NCBI GenBank assembly: GCA_001795735.1
Contig: MGKQ01000001.1
Span: forward strand, 14,808-78,807
Direction of reading: 5' to 3'
Length of the DNA: 64,000 bases
Origin: Candidatus Yanofskybacteria bacterium RIFCSPLOWO2_02_FULL_41_13
GTDB lineage: Bacteria > Patescibacteriota > Minisyncoccia > 2-02-FULL-40-12 > GWA2-44-9
Of the stretch, positions 27,572 to 37,280 are shown one piece after another. The translations under genes were made by a program, and so were the position numbers. Within the stretch, counting starts at the first letter, position 1, and every line of letters starts with the position of its first letter. Below the pieces are notes generated by a model, which was not told the DNA's origin, did no database searches, and saw only the letters and a list, made by a program, of their open reading frames with translations.

Positions 27572-29388
27572 GAACATATTTACTGTTCGAGATAGCCAAC
27601 TCCCACGGAGGGTCGAAGGATTATGTATATAAGCTGATAGACGCCCTTCCGCAGGGAAAAAATACCCGCCTTCGCCAAGGCTTCGGCGGGCAAGCCGGGA
27701 TAAAGTTCCAGGTTTTTAAATATGACCAGCTCGCCCTAAAAGATTATGAATGGTACAAGGTTTACGTAAAATTATTTTTCGATAAGGCCAGCTGGAAGAA
27801 GATACTGTTATACACTAAAGGCAAGGGTTTTGATATTTGGATAGACGTTTTTGACTTATATAGTGTCGAAGTGCTTAAGGATAATTTAAATTTAGTTACC
27901 GGCATAAAACTTCAGTCTTCCGTACTGGATAATCTTAGGGTCCTAAAAGGTCTTTCGGAGGTCATAAGGGGCAAGAAGATTAAAGTTATTCTAAATGTTG
28001 CCGGAAGAGAGATAGATAACATAAAAGAAATCCTGACCGATATTAGAGCCGGCTACTTTAGTAACGAGATAATGCTTCAGTGCGGATTCCAGGCCTATCC
28101 GACCGACGCCGAAGACCTGACGATACACAAAATACATGTTTTAAAGTCGGAATTTCCGGACCTAGTCGTATCTTATGCTGACCATGTTGACGGCAAGTCT
28201 CCCCTAGCCTTTGATGTTCCCGTTTTTGCAGTTCTGGCCGGAGCGGGACACATTGAAAAGCATGTCTGCCTGGACAGAAAAAAAACTAAATATGATTTTC
28301 AATCTGCAGTAGAGCCTCATGAACTCACCCTATTGCTATACAAACTAAAGGAGTGCGAAAAAATATTAGGAACAAAACTTATATCCGAAAAAGAGGCAAA
28401 CTATCTTAAGACGACAATAGAAAAACCAATAACTTCCGTTGATATAAGGGCGAGAGATGTTATAAATCTCAAAAATTTCGATTTCAGACGAACTTCTCAG
28501 GAAGGGCTAACTGTCGGCGAGTTGAAAGAAATGATGAAGAAAAGATATGTATTCAGCAAAGACGTTAAGACAGGACAAACAATAAAAAAAAGTAGTTTGA
28601 AAAAGGCGAGGATAGGGGTGCTAATCGCTTGCCGGATGAAATCAACCAGACTAAAGCACAAGGCCGTACTTCCTATCGGTAAATTCAGCTCGATAGAAAG
28701 ATGCATAATAAATGCAAAGAAAATAAAATCAGCTGATGAAATAATCTTAGCCACATCTGCCTTAGCCGAAGACCAGATCCTTAAAAAATATGCCTTGAAG
28801 CACAAGATAAGATTTTTTGCCGGAGACCCGGAAGATGTAATCGCAAGATTTTTGGGGGCTACAGAAAAATACAACTTGGATATAGCTATCAGAGTTACCG
28901 GCGATTGTCCGATAGTTTCATACGAAATGGCTGAGTTTATACTTCAAAGACATTTTGAAAAAGGCAATGACTATACCGGACCAAAAGCGTTCGCCGTCGG
29001 CCAGAATAGCGAAATATACAGCGTAAACACCTTAAAGAGGGTGCTAGAATACTTGGGCGACGCCAGACATTCAGAATATATGACCTGGTACATGCTGACC
29101 AATAAAGACATATTTCAAGTGGATATGGCTGAATTACCGAAAGAATGGGTACGGAACTATCGCCTAACCCTTGATGTTCAGGAAGACCTTGATATGTTCA
29201 ACGCACTGTTTGAGAAGCTTGGAATCAAGGAACCAAGTATAAAAAATGTGTTTGATGTTATCGATAAGAATCCAAGGATACACGAACTCAATGACGCCAT
29301 CGGCTTAAAATACAAAACTGACCAGAAATTAATAGACTTATTAACTAGAGAAACTAAAATTAATCCCCCTAGACCCAAACGACTATGA
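27568..29388 (+). CDS. two-domain protein: N-terminal NeuB/PseI-like TIM-barrel domain fused to C-terminal acylneuraminate cytidylyltransferase-like (PseF/SpsF-like) domain
   Basis: N-terminal LLFEIANSHGG resembles the NeuB family. C-terminal IGVLIACRMKSTRLKHKAVLPIG resembles CMP-sugar synthetases. ATGA-coupled start at 27568. Confidence 0.6.
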   Translation: MRTYLLFEIANSHGGSKDYVYKLIDALPQGKNTRLRQGFGGQAGIKFQVFKYDQLALKDYEWYKVYVKLFFDKASWKKILLYTKGKGFDIWIDVFDLYSVEVLKDNLNLVTGIKLQSSVLDNLRVLKGLSEVIRGKKIKVILNVAGREIDNIKEILTDIRAGYFSNEIMLQCGFQAYPTDAEDLTIHKIHVLKSEFPDLVVSYADHVDGKSPLAFDVPVFAVLAGAGHIEKHVCLDRKKTKYDFQSAVEPHELTLLLYKLKECEKILGTKLISEKEANYLKTTIEKPITSVDIRARDVINLKNFDFRRTSQEGLTVGELKEMMKKRYVFSKDVKTGQTIKKSSLKKARIGVLIACRMKSTRLKHKAVLPIGKFSSIERCIINAKKIKSADEIILATSALAEDQILKKYALKHKIRFFAGDPEDVIARFLGATEKYNLDIAIRVTGDCPIVSYEMAEFILQRHFEKGNDYTGPKAFAVGQNSEIYSVNTLKRVLEYLGDARHSEYMTWYMLTNKDIFQVDMAELPKEWVRNYRLTLDVQEDLDMFNALFEKLGIKEPSIKNVFDVIDKNPRIHELNDAIGLKYKTDQKLIDLLTRETKINPPRPKRL

Positions 29389-30548
29389 AACTAAAATACT
29401 GCACAAAATGTGTAATGCCAGCCACAAAACCCGATCTTTTTTTTGATAAGGATGGGGTATGCGACGCATGCAGATCAGCAGAACTCAAATATGACAAAAT
29501 AAAGGGTATCGACTGGAATGCCCGACGCAAAGAATTTGAGCGCATTATCGAAAAGTACCGCTCCAAGGACGGAAAAAATTATGATTGCATCATTCCTGTC
29601 AGTGGCGGCAAAGATAGCCACTACCAAACTTATATCATGAAGGTGGTTTACAAAATGAATCCCCTTCTTGTTTGCTTTGAACAAACAAAAATCAGCGAAT
29701 TGGGCAAAAAGAATATGGAAAATATCAGGAAATTCGGGTGCGACATGATATATTTTAAGAAAAATCCGGAAGTATACCGAAAATTGGAGGTAGAAGGATT
29801 AAAACGAGTCGGCGACAACGACTGGCCGAATCATGTAGGCTGTTTTACTATTCCCGTAAGAGTAGCCGTTCAATTCAACATACCTTTGCTTATCTGGGGA
29901 GAAAATTCCCAGCTGGAATACGGCGGGCCGGCAACGGCCAGGGAGAAAAATTACCTTGATCGTAGATGGATGGAAGAATTCACCCTTTTAGGTAATCGTG
30001 TCGAGGACATGATAGGCGTAGATGGAATAACCAAAGAAGATATGCTCATCTACACTTATCCGGACGACAAAGACTTGAAGCGAGTCGGCGTTACGGGTCT
30101 TTTTTTAGGTTATTTTTTCTTGTGGGATCAGCGCAAGCAAGTAGAGCTCATAAGAAAGAAGTATGGATTCAATATAAAAGAAGATGGCCCCATAGAGGGA
30201 ACGTACACGAACTACGAGAATCTTGATGATGCAACCGTGGGACTGCATGATTACCTTAAATTCACTAAGTATGGTTTTGGCCGGGGAACAGATCATGCAT
30301 GTACCGATATCCGGAACGGCCGGATAACCAGAGAAGAGGGACTGGATCTTGTACGAAAATATGATGGCAAATATCCTTATTACGGAGTAAAAAGCTTCTG
30401 TGAAATGTCGGGCATGAGCAAGAAAGAGGTTGATAAATATATTGATTCTTTCACTAATAAGCAGATATTCAAAATGGATAAAAGAGGTAAGTTTTTACGT
30501 GATATGGCGGGTAATCTAATAAAAAATAACTATGACAACGAGCTTTAA
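29385..30548 (+). CDS. N-acetyl sugar amidotransferase (PP-loop ATPase; WbpG/WbuX/PseA-like)
   Basis: CTKCVMP zinc ribbon and PP-loop IIPVSGGKDS. Followed by HisH/HisF paralogs, as in acetamidino-sugar pathways. Confidence 0.8.
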   Translation: MKLKYCTKCVMPATKPDLFFDKDGVCDACRSAELKYDKIKGIDWNARRKEFERIIEKYRSKDGKNYDCIIPVSGGKDSHYQTYIMKVVYKMNPLLVCFEQTKISELGKKNMENIRKFGCDMIYFKKNPEVYRKLEVEGLKRVGDNDWPNHVGCFTIPVRVAVQFNIPLLIWGENSQLEYGGPATAREKNYLDRRWMEEFTLLGNRVEDMIGVDGITKEDMLIYTYPDDKDLKRVGVTGLFLGYFFLWDQRKQVELIRKKYGFNIKEDGPIEGTYTNYENLDDATVGLHDYLKFTKYGFGRGTDHACTDIRNGRITREEGLDLVRKYDGKYPYYGVKSFCEMSGMSKKEVDKYIDSFTNKQIFKMDKRGKFLRDMAGNLIKNNYDNEL

Positions 30549-31149
30549 AAAAGTTGTTATCATTGATTACCAGATGGGTAATGTAGCATCGGTTATTAAG
30601 GCATTCGAGAAGCTAGGAGCAAAGATTAAATTATCCCGAAATAAAAATGATATAGAAAAAGCTGAATATCTTGTCTTGCCCGGGGTAGGAGCTTTCGGAG
30701 ATGGAATGAAGAATCTCAAACAGTTTGGAATAATTGATGTTCTCTCACGGCAAGTAAAGAAAGGCGTGCCATTTCTAGGTATTTGCCTGGGGATGCAATT
30801 GTTAGCTGAGCGAGGTTATGAATTCGGAGAGTGCAAGGGTCTTGGCTGGATAAAAGGCAAGGTAATAAAACTCAAATCTCCCACCGTACCCCATATCGGC
30901 TGGAACGATGTGAGGGTAACTAAAAATAAAAAAATTCTAAGCAATCTGCCTGATAATAATTTTTACTTTATCCACAGTTATTTTTTAAAACCCAACAACA
31001 AGTCGATAATAGCAGCTACTTGCAAACATGGACATGAGTTTACCGCCGCCATAGAACAAGGAAATATTTGGGGCACCCAGTTCCATCCCGAAAAAAGCCA
31101 GTCAAGCGGACTGAAGGTCTTGGATAACTTCCTGAACTACCATGCTTAA
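30532..31149 (+). CDS. hisH: imidazole glycerol phosphate synthase HisH-like glutamine amidotransferase (WbuY-like)
   Basis: VIIDYQMGNVASV...GICLGMQ...HPE class I GATase. Confidence 0.8.
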   Translation: MTTSFKKVVIIDYQMGNVASVIKAFEKLGAKIKLSRNKNDIEKAEYLVLPGVGAFGDGMKNLKQFGIIDVLSRQVKKGVPFLGICLGMQLLAERGYEFGECKGLGWIKGKVIKLKSPTVPHIGWNDVRVTKNKKILSNLPDNNFYFIHSYFLKPNNKSIIAATCKHGHEFTAAIEQGNIWGTQFHPEKSQSSGLKVLDNFLNYHA

Positions 31150-31915
31150 AACCAGAGTGATGCCCTGCATGCTTTTCAATGGCCTGCATTTGATAAAGAC
31201 TATACAATTCGACCAGATCAGAAACCTTGGAAATCCGGTCCAAATGGCCAGAGTATACAATTCGCGCAACGTTGATGAACTTATATTTATAGACATGAAA
31301 GCGACTGAAGAAGACAGACCTCCAGCTTATGAAATTATAAAAGATATAATTGCCGAATGCTTTATGCCTTTAACCGTTGGAGGAGGAATTCATTCCATAG
31401 AAGTTATTCATAGATTACTAAAAATCGGAGCTGATAAAGTATGCATAAATTCCGAGGCCATAAATAATCCCGCCTTTGTGACTGCCGCCGCAAAAAAATT
31501 TGGAAGCCAATGCATCGTGATAAGTATTGACGTTAAACAAGTCCGTAAAGACCACTATGTTTTTAAATCGCGGGGACGAGAAAATACAAACATAACCGTA
31601 ATCGAATGGGTTAAACAGGTAGAGAAACTAGGCGCCGGAGAGATATTCCTTACTTCAATCGACAAAGATGGAACCATGGATGGATACGATTTGGACCTCA
31701 TAAAAAAAGTTAGCTCCGCCGTGTCAGTTCCTGTCATTGCCTGTGGTGGAGCAGGCAAAGTCCAGGATATAATTGATGCAGTAAAACTCGGTGGCGCTGA
31801 TGCCATATCGCTTGCCAGCATCTTCCATTATGGGGGTCACACGCCAAACAGCATAAAGCAAAGAATGTATAATGCCGGAATACCCGTAAGATTCATTGAC
31901 AAGAACCAAATATAA
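31142..31915 (+). CDS. hisF: imidazole glycerol phosphate synthase HisF-like cyclase subunit (WbuZ-like)
   Basis: RVMPCML...VGGGI...ADKV TIM-barrel HisF pattern. Confidence 0.8.
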   Translation: MLKTRVMPCMLFNGLHLIKTIQFDQIRNLGNPVQMARVYNSRNVDELIFIDMKATEEDRPPAYEIIKDIIAECFMPLTVGGGIHSIEVIHRLLKIGADKVCINSEAINNPAFVTAAAKKFGSQCIVISIDVKQVRKDHYVFKSRGRENTNITVIEWVKQVEKLGAGEIFLTSIDKDGTMDGYDLDLIKKVSSAVSVPVIACGGAGKVQDIIDAVKLGGADAISLASIFHYGGHTPNSIKQRMYNAGIPVRFIDKNQI

Positions 31916-31923
31916 AATATAAT

Positions 31924-32580
31924 ATGATTCAGTACTTTAATATCCGAGGGACTATGATTAAAAAAATTGACATCATAACCGTACTTGGCGGAAGTTTATT
32001 TAAAGAAGCTGACGGCAATTGGAGAACCACGAGCTTTGAGGATCTCCAACATAATGGCGCGGCGGGCATGGGTGACAATCTGCGAGTTATTGCCGGAAAT
32101 TTACTTTTTCAGACGCTACATCGAAAATTGCCTGGCTCAGTTCTGGTATCTGGAGGAAGAGGCAAAAATTGTAACGATTCGGCTAAACCAACGGTATCTT
32201 CTATTATGAAGAAAGAACTTATAGCACTTGGCCTTCCGGGAAAATTCATAGCCGAAGACCCTCATTCTAATTCTACTTATGCTCAACTTCTCTGGTTAAG
32301 CAAGTATATGAACAATAAAACTGGCATAGTCGGCATAGTATCAAATGAGTACCATTTGCCACGAATACAGGCATTTATTGACTGGCGGCCGGAATTAAAT
32401 CTGTTATGTGATAGGGCCGCCTTAATATCTGCCGAGCAAATCCTTACCGCTAAAGATCCTAAAAAATGGCGTGAGAAAATAAGCGATGCTTATAGAACCA
32501 GCGCGATGCAGGATATTATAGCCCGCGAAAAAAACGGAATTGAGAATATCAAGAAGGGGCAATACAAATTTTATGTCTAA
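31924..32580 (+). CDS. DUF218 (YdcF/SanA-like) domain protein
   Basis: VSGG...AEDPHSNSTYAQ...HLPR pattern of DUF218. Confidence 0.55.
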   Translation: MIQYFNIRGTMIKKIDIITVLGGSLFKEADGNWRTTSFEDLQHNGAAGMGDNLRVIAGNLLFQTLHRKLPGSVLVSGGRGKNCNDSAKPTVSSIMKKELIALGLPGKFIAEDPHSNSTYAQLLWLSKYMNNKTGIVGIVSNEYHLPRIQAFIDWRPELNLLCDRAALISAEQILTAKDPKKWREKISDAYRTSAMQDIIAREKNGIENIKKGQYKFYV

Positions 32581-33313
32581 GGCAAATAACTTATTTATAA
32601 TTTTCGGGACATCCAGGGGTCTGGGCTTTGCCTTGTGCAATTATATATTGCAATTCTCCCATAATGATATTCTGGCGATAGACAGGAGAAAGCTACCGGG
32701 CATTTCTTCTGGTCGCCTCCAAAGAACTATTATTGACTTATCTAAACCTCTCTCGCCAACTGCAATATCAGGTCTACTTCGTTCTTCACTCCTAAAAAAT
32801 TATAAGAACCTGTATCTCATAAATAACGCTTCCCTTCTGGAGCCGATAGGTCCCGCCGGTAAGGTTAATACAGTTGAACTAACACGGCTAGCCAGTGTTA
32901 ATTTTCTGAATTATGCCGTTATTATTAACGAGTTCATGAGACGAACTAAAAATCTGAGAGCGCGCAAAAGAATACTTAATGTCACTTCAGGCGCTTCTGT
33001 TCATCCCCAGTATGGCCTAGCGGGATACTGCAGTACAAAAGCTGCGCTTGAAATGTTTGGAAGCTGTATCTTTCTAGAGCAACAGGTGCTTAATCAGGTA
33101 GAGATTATGTCTTTTAGGCCGGGCGTTATAAATACGGATATGCAAAAAAAACTACGGGAAAGCTCGGGGGCAAATTTTCTGAATAATAAGGTTCATCAGG
33201 AATTGTATACAAAAAATGCCCTACTTACTCCCGAATACGTAGCAAAAATAATGTACGGTACTTTAACTGCCCGTAAAAAATGGGCTGAGCCAATTTTAGA
33301 TTTAAGTATATGA
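32573..33313 (+). CDS. short-chain dehydrogenase/reductase
   Basis: FIIFGTSRGLGFAL. Start set at the ATG overlapping the upstream stop. Confidence 0.7.
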   Translation: MSKANNLFIIFGTSRGLGFALCNYILQFSHNDILAIDRRKLPGISSGRLQRTIIDLSKPLSPTAISGLLRSSLLKNYKNLYLINNASLLEPIGPAGKVNTVELTRLASVNFLNYAVIINEFMRRTKNLRARKRILNVTSGASVHPQYGLAGYCSTKAALEMFGSCIFLEQQVLNQVEIMSFRPGVINTDMQKKLRESSGANFLNNKVHQELYTKNALLTPEYVAKIMYGTLTARKKWAEPILDLSI

Positions 33314-34344
33314 TCAAAGCTCTTGTTACTGCATGCGGCGGAGATATAGGGCAAGGGGTCATAAAATCCCTTCGAATGTCCGGTGAAAAAATAAGAGTCA
33401 TCGGCACCGAAATCACAGCTGACAATTGCGGATTATTTATGGCTGACAAAGGTTATATACTTGAACCGGTTCTTAAAAATGAGAAAAGATACCTGAAGCA
33501 GTTAGTTGCCATATGTAATGAGGAACGGGTCGATATCGTATTTGTATGTTTTGAAGCCGAACAATCTGCCATTGCCAGCGCGATAAATATACTAAATAAA
33601 AAAACAGGGGCTTACTTTGTAGTTCAGTCCAAAAAGACTTTAGATATCTGTCAGGAAGACAAATCGCTCACATACGCATTTCTGTCTAAGCGGGGCATCC
33701 GAGTACCCGAAACCTACACGACAAAGAAAATGGCTGAAATATTGATTAAAAAGTATGGTTGGCCTATTATTCTTAAGCCTAGACAGAGTTCCGGATCAAG
33801 AGATGTACACATAATCCGTACACGAAAAGAGCTTGATATCTTATGGGATAAGATAGACAAGCCCTTGATCCAAGAATACATCAACAACGGTCAGGATGAC
33901 GAATATACAGTCGGTGTCTTCTTAAATAAGGATTCCGAGGCCCTAGGAGCAATTGCTATGTTAAGAAAACTAAAACTGGGAATGACTTGGCATGCGATAG
34001 TCAATCATTACCCGGACATAGAGGAGATCGCCGGAAAGACCGCAGAGAGCGTAGGCGCAATAGGACCATGTAATATACAAATTCGAAGAGATAGAAACAA
34101 CAAGCCATGCGTCATAGAGATAAACGCCAGAATCTCAAGTACCACTGTATTCAGAGCAAAATTAGGATTTAACGAGGCCCTGGCATCTATAGACTATTTC
34201 TTAAAAGGTAAGATACCTAAGCTAAGTCACAGACCGGCCGTAATAATGCGTACATTTGGTGAGTATATAGTTCCATTAGATAAATATCTAAAAATTAAAT
34301 CGAAAAATATTACTAATGCAAATGAAAAGTATGAAACCAATTAG
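33310..34344 (+). CDS. ATP-grasp domain protein (carboxylate-amine ligase-like)
   Basis: Pre-ATP-grasp N-terminal domain, then WPIILKPRQSSGSRDV...EYIN and EINAR ATP-grasp motifs. ATGA-coupled. Confidence 0.65.
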   Translation: MIKALVTACGGDIGQGVIKSLRMSGEKIRVIGTEITADNCGLFMADKGYILEPVLKNEKRYLKQLVAICNEERVDIVFVCFEAEQSAIASAINILNKKTGAYFVVQSKKTLDICQEDKSLTYAFLSKRGIRVPETYTTKKMAEILIKKYGWPIILKPRQSSGSRDVHIIRTRKELDILWDKIDKPLIQEYINNGQDDEYTVGVFLNKDSEALGAIAMLRKLKLGMTWHAIVNHYPDIEEIAGKTAESVGAIGPCNIQIRRDRNNKPCVIEINARISSTTVFRAKLGFNEALASIDYFLKGKIPKLSHRPAVIMRTFGEYIVPLDKYLKIKSKNITNANEKYETN

Positions 34345-35398
34345 TATTGAAACAAGGGGGGGCATAAGGCACATAGGGCCAGGCTACCCCTCTTTTATTG
34401 TCGCCGAACTATCAGGAAACCATAGCCAATCATACAAAACTGCCTGCAAAATTATTGACGCGATAGCAGACACAGGCGCCGATGCCGTAAAACTCCAGAC
34501 TTACACCGCCGATACGATGACCATCGATTCGGATAAAAAATACTTTAAACTGACAGGGAGCAAGCTTTGGAAAGGAGAGACGCTCTATGGTCTATATAAA
34601 AAAGCATCTACTCCCTGGGACTGGCATCCGAGATTAAAAAGCTACGCCGAGAAGAGAGGCCTTGTATTTTTTTCCACTCCTTTTGACAATACCGCTGTTG
34701 ATTTTTTAAAAAAAATGAATGTTCCTCTTTACAAGGTCGCCTCATATGAACTGACCGACACTCCCTTGCTCCAAAAAATTGCCAGTACAAAAAAGCCTGT
34801 TATTTTGTCCAGGGGCATGGCTTCAATCAAAGAAATAGGCCTAGCTATAAATACATTAAGAAAATACGGAACGAGACAAATCGCAGTATTGCATTGCATA
34901 AGTTCATATCCTACAGACCCAAAGGATATGAATCTTAGAACTATTCCTGACATAATGAGTAGATTCCGGGTTATTTCTGGATTGTCGGACCACAGCATTA
35001 CCAACAATGCTGCTATCGCCTCCATAGCCCTGGGAGCAAGCATCATTGAAAAGCATATTACCCTGAACCGCCACGACAAAGGAGTCGATTCTAAATTTTC
35101 TTTGGAACCACATGAATTTAAAGATCTCGTTAAAGCAGTGAGGGAGACGGAGAATGCTTTGGGCAAAATACATTATGCTACAACGCTCTCAGAGATAAAT
35201 GACAAATTATATCGTCGGTCTTTATTCATAACCAAGAGCATTCGGAAGGGAGAAAAATTTACCAAAAATAACACCAGGATAATTAGACCCGGTTACGGCC
35301 TAGCACCAAGATACTTCAGTATGGTAATCGGGAAAAAAGCTAAGAAAAATATAGAGAGGGGGACTCCCCTGACCCGGAGACTCATCTTGTCAAAATAG
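34316..35398 (+). CDS. pseI: nonulosonic acid synthase (NeuB/PseI family) with C-terminal SAF domain
   Basis: AELSGNHSQSYKTACKIIDAIADTGADAVKLQTY...LHCISSYP plus C-terminal SAF-like region. Confidence 0.8.
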   Translation: MQMKSMKPISIETRGGIRHIGPGYPSFIVAELSGNHSQSYKTACKIIDAIADTGADAVKLQTYTADTMTIDSDKKYFKLTGSKLWKGETLYGLYKKASTPWDWHPRLKSYAEKRGLVFFSTPFDNTAVDFLKKMNVPLYKVASYELTDTPLLQKIASTKKPVILSRGMASIKEIGLAINTLRKYGTRQIAVLHCISSYPTDPKDMNLRTIPDIMSRFRVISGLSDHSITNNAAIASIALGASIIEKHITLNRHDKGVDSKFSLEPHEFKDLVKAVRETENALGKIHYATTLSEINDKLYRRSLFITKSIRKGEKFTKNNTRIIRPGYGLAPRYFSMVIGKKAKKNIERGTPLTRRLILSK

Positions 35399-35450
35399 GA
35401 TGGAATGGTATATTTTAATACGAGTTCTTTAATTTTTCCAAGGAGATAAG

Positions 35451-36362
35451 ATGTCTGATTTAACAGCATTTCGACAACCTCTTCCGGGCGTATTACGCAT
35501 AGAGCCTGCATCAGCCTGCAATTTTAAATGCATCCACTGCCCAACCGGCCTAGGTATGAATCCGGATACGGGGATCATGACTGAAGAGACTTTTTCCGGT
35601 ATTCTTAGCCGAATTAAGCATTTACAATTCCGCGTTATTGTTCTCTACCATGGAGGCGAACCTTTGCTGAATCCCAGGTTTGCTGAAATGATCAAACGTG
35701 TCAGGCCTTACACTAAATTCATAAAAACGGTTACTAATGGTTCCATTTTGACTCAACGTCGTATAGATGAGATACTGGCAAGCGATCTTGATCTGATTGA
35801 GGTATCTATTGATGGCGATTCGCCGGAAGAGAACGATCAAATACGCAAGAACGCAAAATGTGAAAAAATCATTACTGCCGTTAAAGCAATTATTGATACT
35901 AAAAGGCGCCTAGGCCTGGACAGGCCCAAGGTGAATATTGGCAATGTGCGTATTCCGGGTTCAAATACCAATACCAACCTACCTCCAGACGTACCAGAGT
36001 TTTTAAAAAAAGCTTTTGTAGGTTACGAACAGGACATCATGTTTCGTATGTATTATGCTTTAGTCTGGGCAAATATGATAGGCAGTGAAAATAAAATTCC
36101 TGAAAATAACTATTGTGACAACGTGGTGAATACCATCACTGTTCGCCATAATGGAGACGTGGTGCCATGCTGTTACGATTTGACCAGCTCCATGGTCATG
36201 GGCAACCTCCTTACTGAATCCCTTGAGAGTATCTGGAACAATGACCGCTATTTAAAACTTAGGGCGGCTATCGCAAATTTTCAGCCGCCAGCCCCGTGCC
36301 AAAACTGCCTAGTTCTATATCCTTCCCGCCACTTAAAATCCAGTGAAATCAGCCTGGTATGA
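35451..36362 (+). CDS. radical SAM protein with C-terminal Cys-rich SPASM-like region
   Basis: ASACNFKCIHCP motif, C-terminal CCYDL...C..CQNC. AAGGAG SD. Confidence 0.7.
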   Translation: MSDLTAFRQPLPGVLRIEPASACNFKCIHCPTGLGMNPDTGIMTEETFSGILSRIKHLQFRVIVLYHGGEPLLNPRFAEMIKRVRPYTKFIKTVTNGSILTQRRIDEILASDLDLIEVSIDGDSPEENDQIRKNAKCEKIITAVKAIIDTKRRLGLDRPKVNIGNVRIPGSNTNTNLPPDVPEFLKKAFVGYEQDIMFRMYYALVWANMIGSENKIPENNYCDNVVNTITVRHNGDVVPCCYDLTSSMVMGNLLTESLESIWNNDRYLKLRAAIANFQPPAPCQNCLVLYPSRHLKSSEISLV

Positions 36363-36365
36363 TCT

Positions 36366-37259
36366 ATGCAGCGCGCACTATGCGCGCTTTTAATTCTAAA
36401 TAAAAAGATTCCGATGAATCCGATACGATCGATTAAAAAAATAGCTTTGCAGTATCAACTATATTTTAAATATCGTGATATGCTAGCAAAGAATAAAAAG
36501 CTTAAAAATACCGAGAGCAAGCGGTGTTTTATTATAGGTACCGGACCCTCTGTTAAAGACCAGGACTTATTGCGCTTAAAAGATGAGGATACATTTGTAG
36601 TAAACTCTTTTTGGAATCACCCGCAATATAAAGAAATAAACCCTAAGTACTACGTGATGATAGATTGGGATATATTCCCTGTCGGTGATCAAAAAGGTAA
36701 TTTCGTATCAGATGAAGTTATACAAAAGCAAGAACTGTTGAATTCTTGCTCAACTAAATTCTTCTTTCACTCATTCGGCAAAGAATTTATAGAAAAAAAC
36801 GGGCTCCTGCAGAATAACAGAATCTACTACCTAATGAACCATGGGGTAATGGATGAAAAATTAAAATTCAACATTGATATAGAAAAGGTTATTCCATACA
36901 CAAAAAACGTAATTGTAGCTTCAATAATGATTGCTGCCTACATGGGCTTTGAGGAAATATACCTTCTCGGCTGTGAACATGACTACCTGGCATATCCGGC
37001 ACAGAAGTACTACGAGAAGTTTCCCCATTTTTTTAAAAATCCCTACGAGCTTAGCAATAAAAAATCATCGAGTTATTATATTATGGCCGTTATGCCGTAT
37101 GAAAAACATATTTACAACTCTCTTATTTTATTTAGGAACTACCGCCTGCTGAAAGAGAAGCTGAGCAGAGAAAAACCTAATCTTAAGATTTATAATGCCA
37201 CACCCAATAGTTATTTAGACGTATTTCCGATGGTTAAATATGAGGACATTATTCTCTAA
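36366..37259 (+). CDS. DUF115 (Maf / motility-accessory-factor-like, MptE-like) protein
   Basis: CFIIGTGPSV...FVVNSF pattern as in the DUF115 domain of Maf proteins. Confidence 0.5.
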   Translation: MQRALCALLILNKKIPMNPIRSIKKIALQYQLYFKYRDMLAKNKKLKNTESKRCFIIGTGPSVKDQDLLRLKDEDTFVVNSFWNHPQYKEINPKYYVMIDWDIFPVGDQKGNFVSDEVIQKQELLNSCSTKFFFHSFGKEFIEKNGLLQNNRIYYLMNHGVMDEKLKFNIDIEKVIPYTKNVIVASIMIAAYMGFEEIYLLGCEHDYLAYPAQKYYEKFPHFFKNPYELSNKKSSSYYIMAVMPYEKHIYNSLILFRNYRLLKEKLSREKPNLKIYNATPNSYLDVFPMVKYEDIIL

Positions 37260-37280
37260 GAAGCTCTGCCCTAAAAGTCT

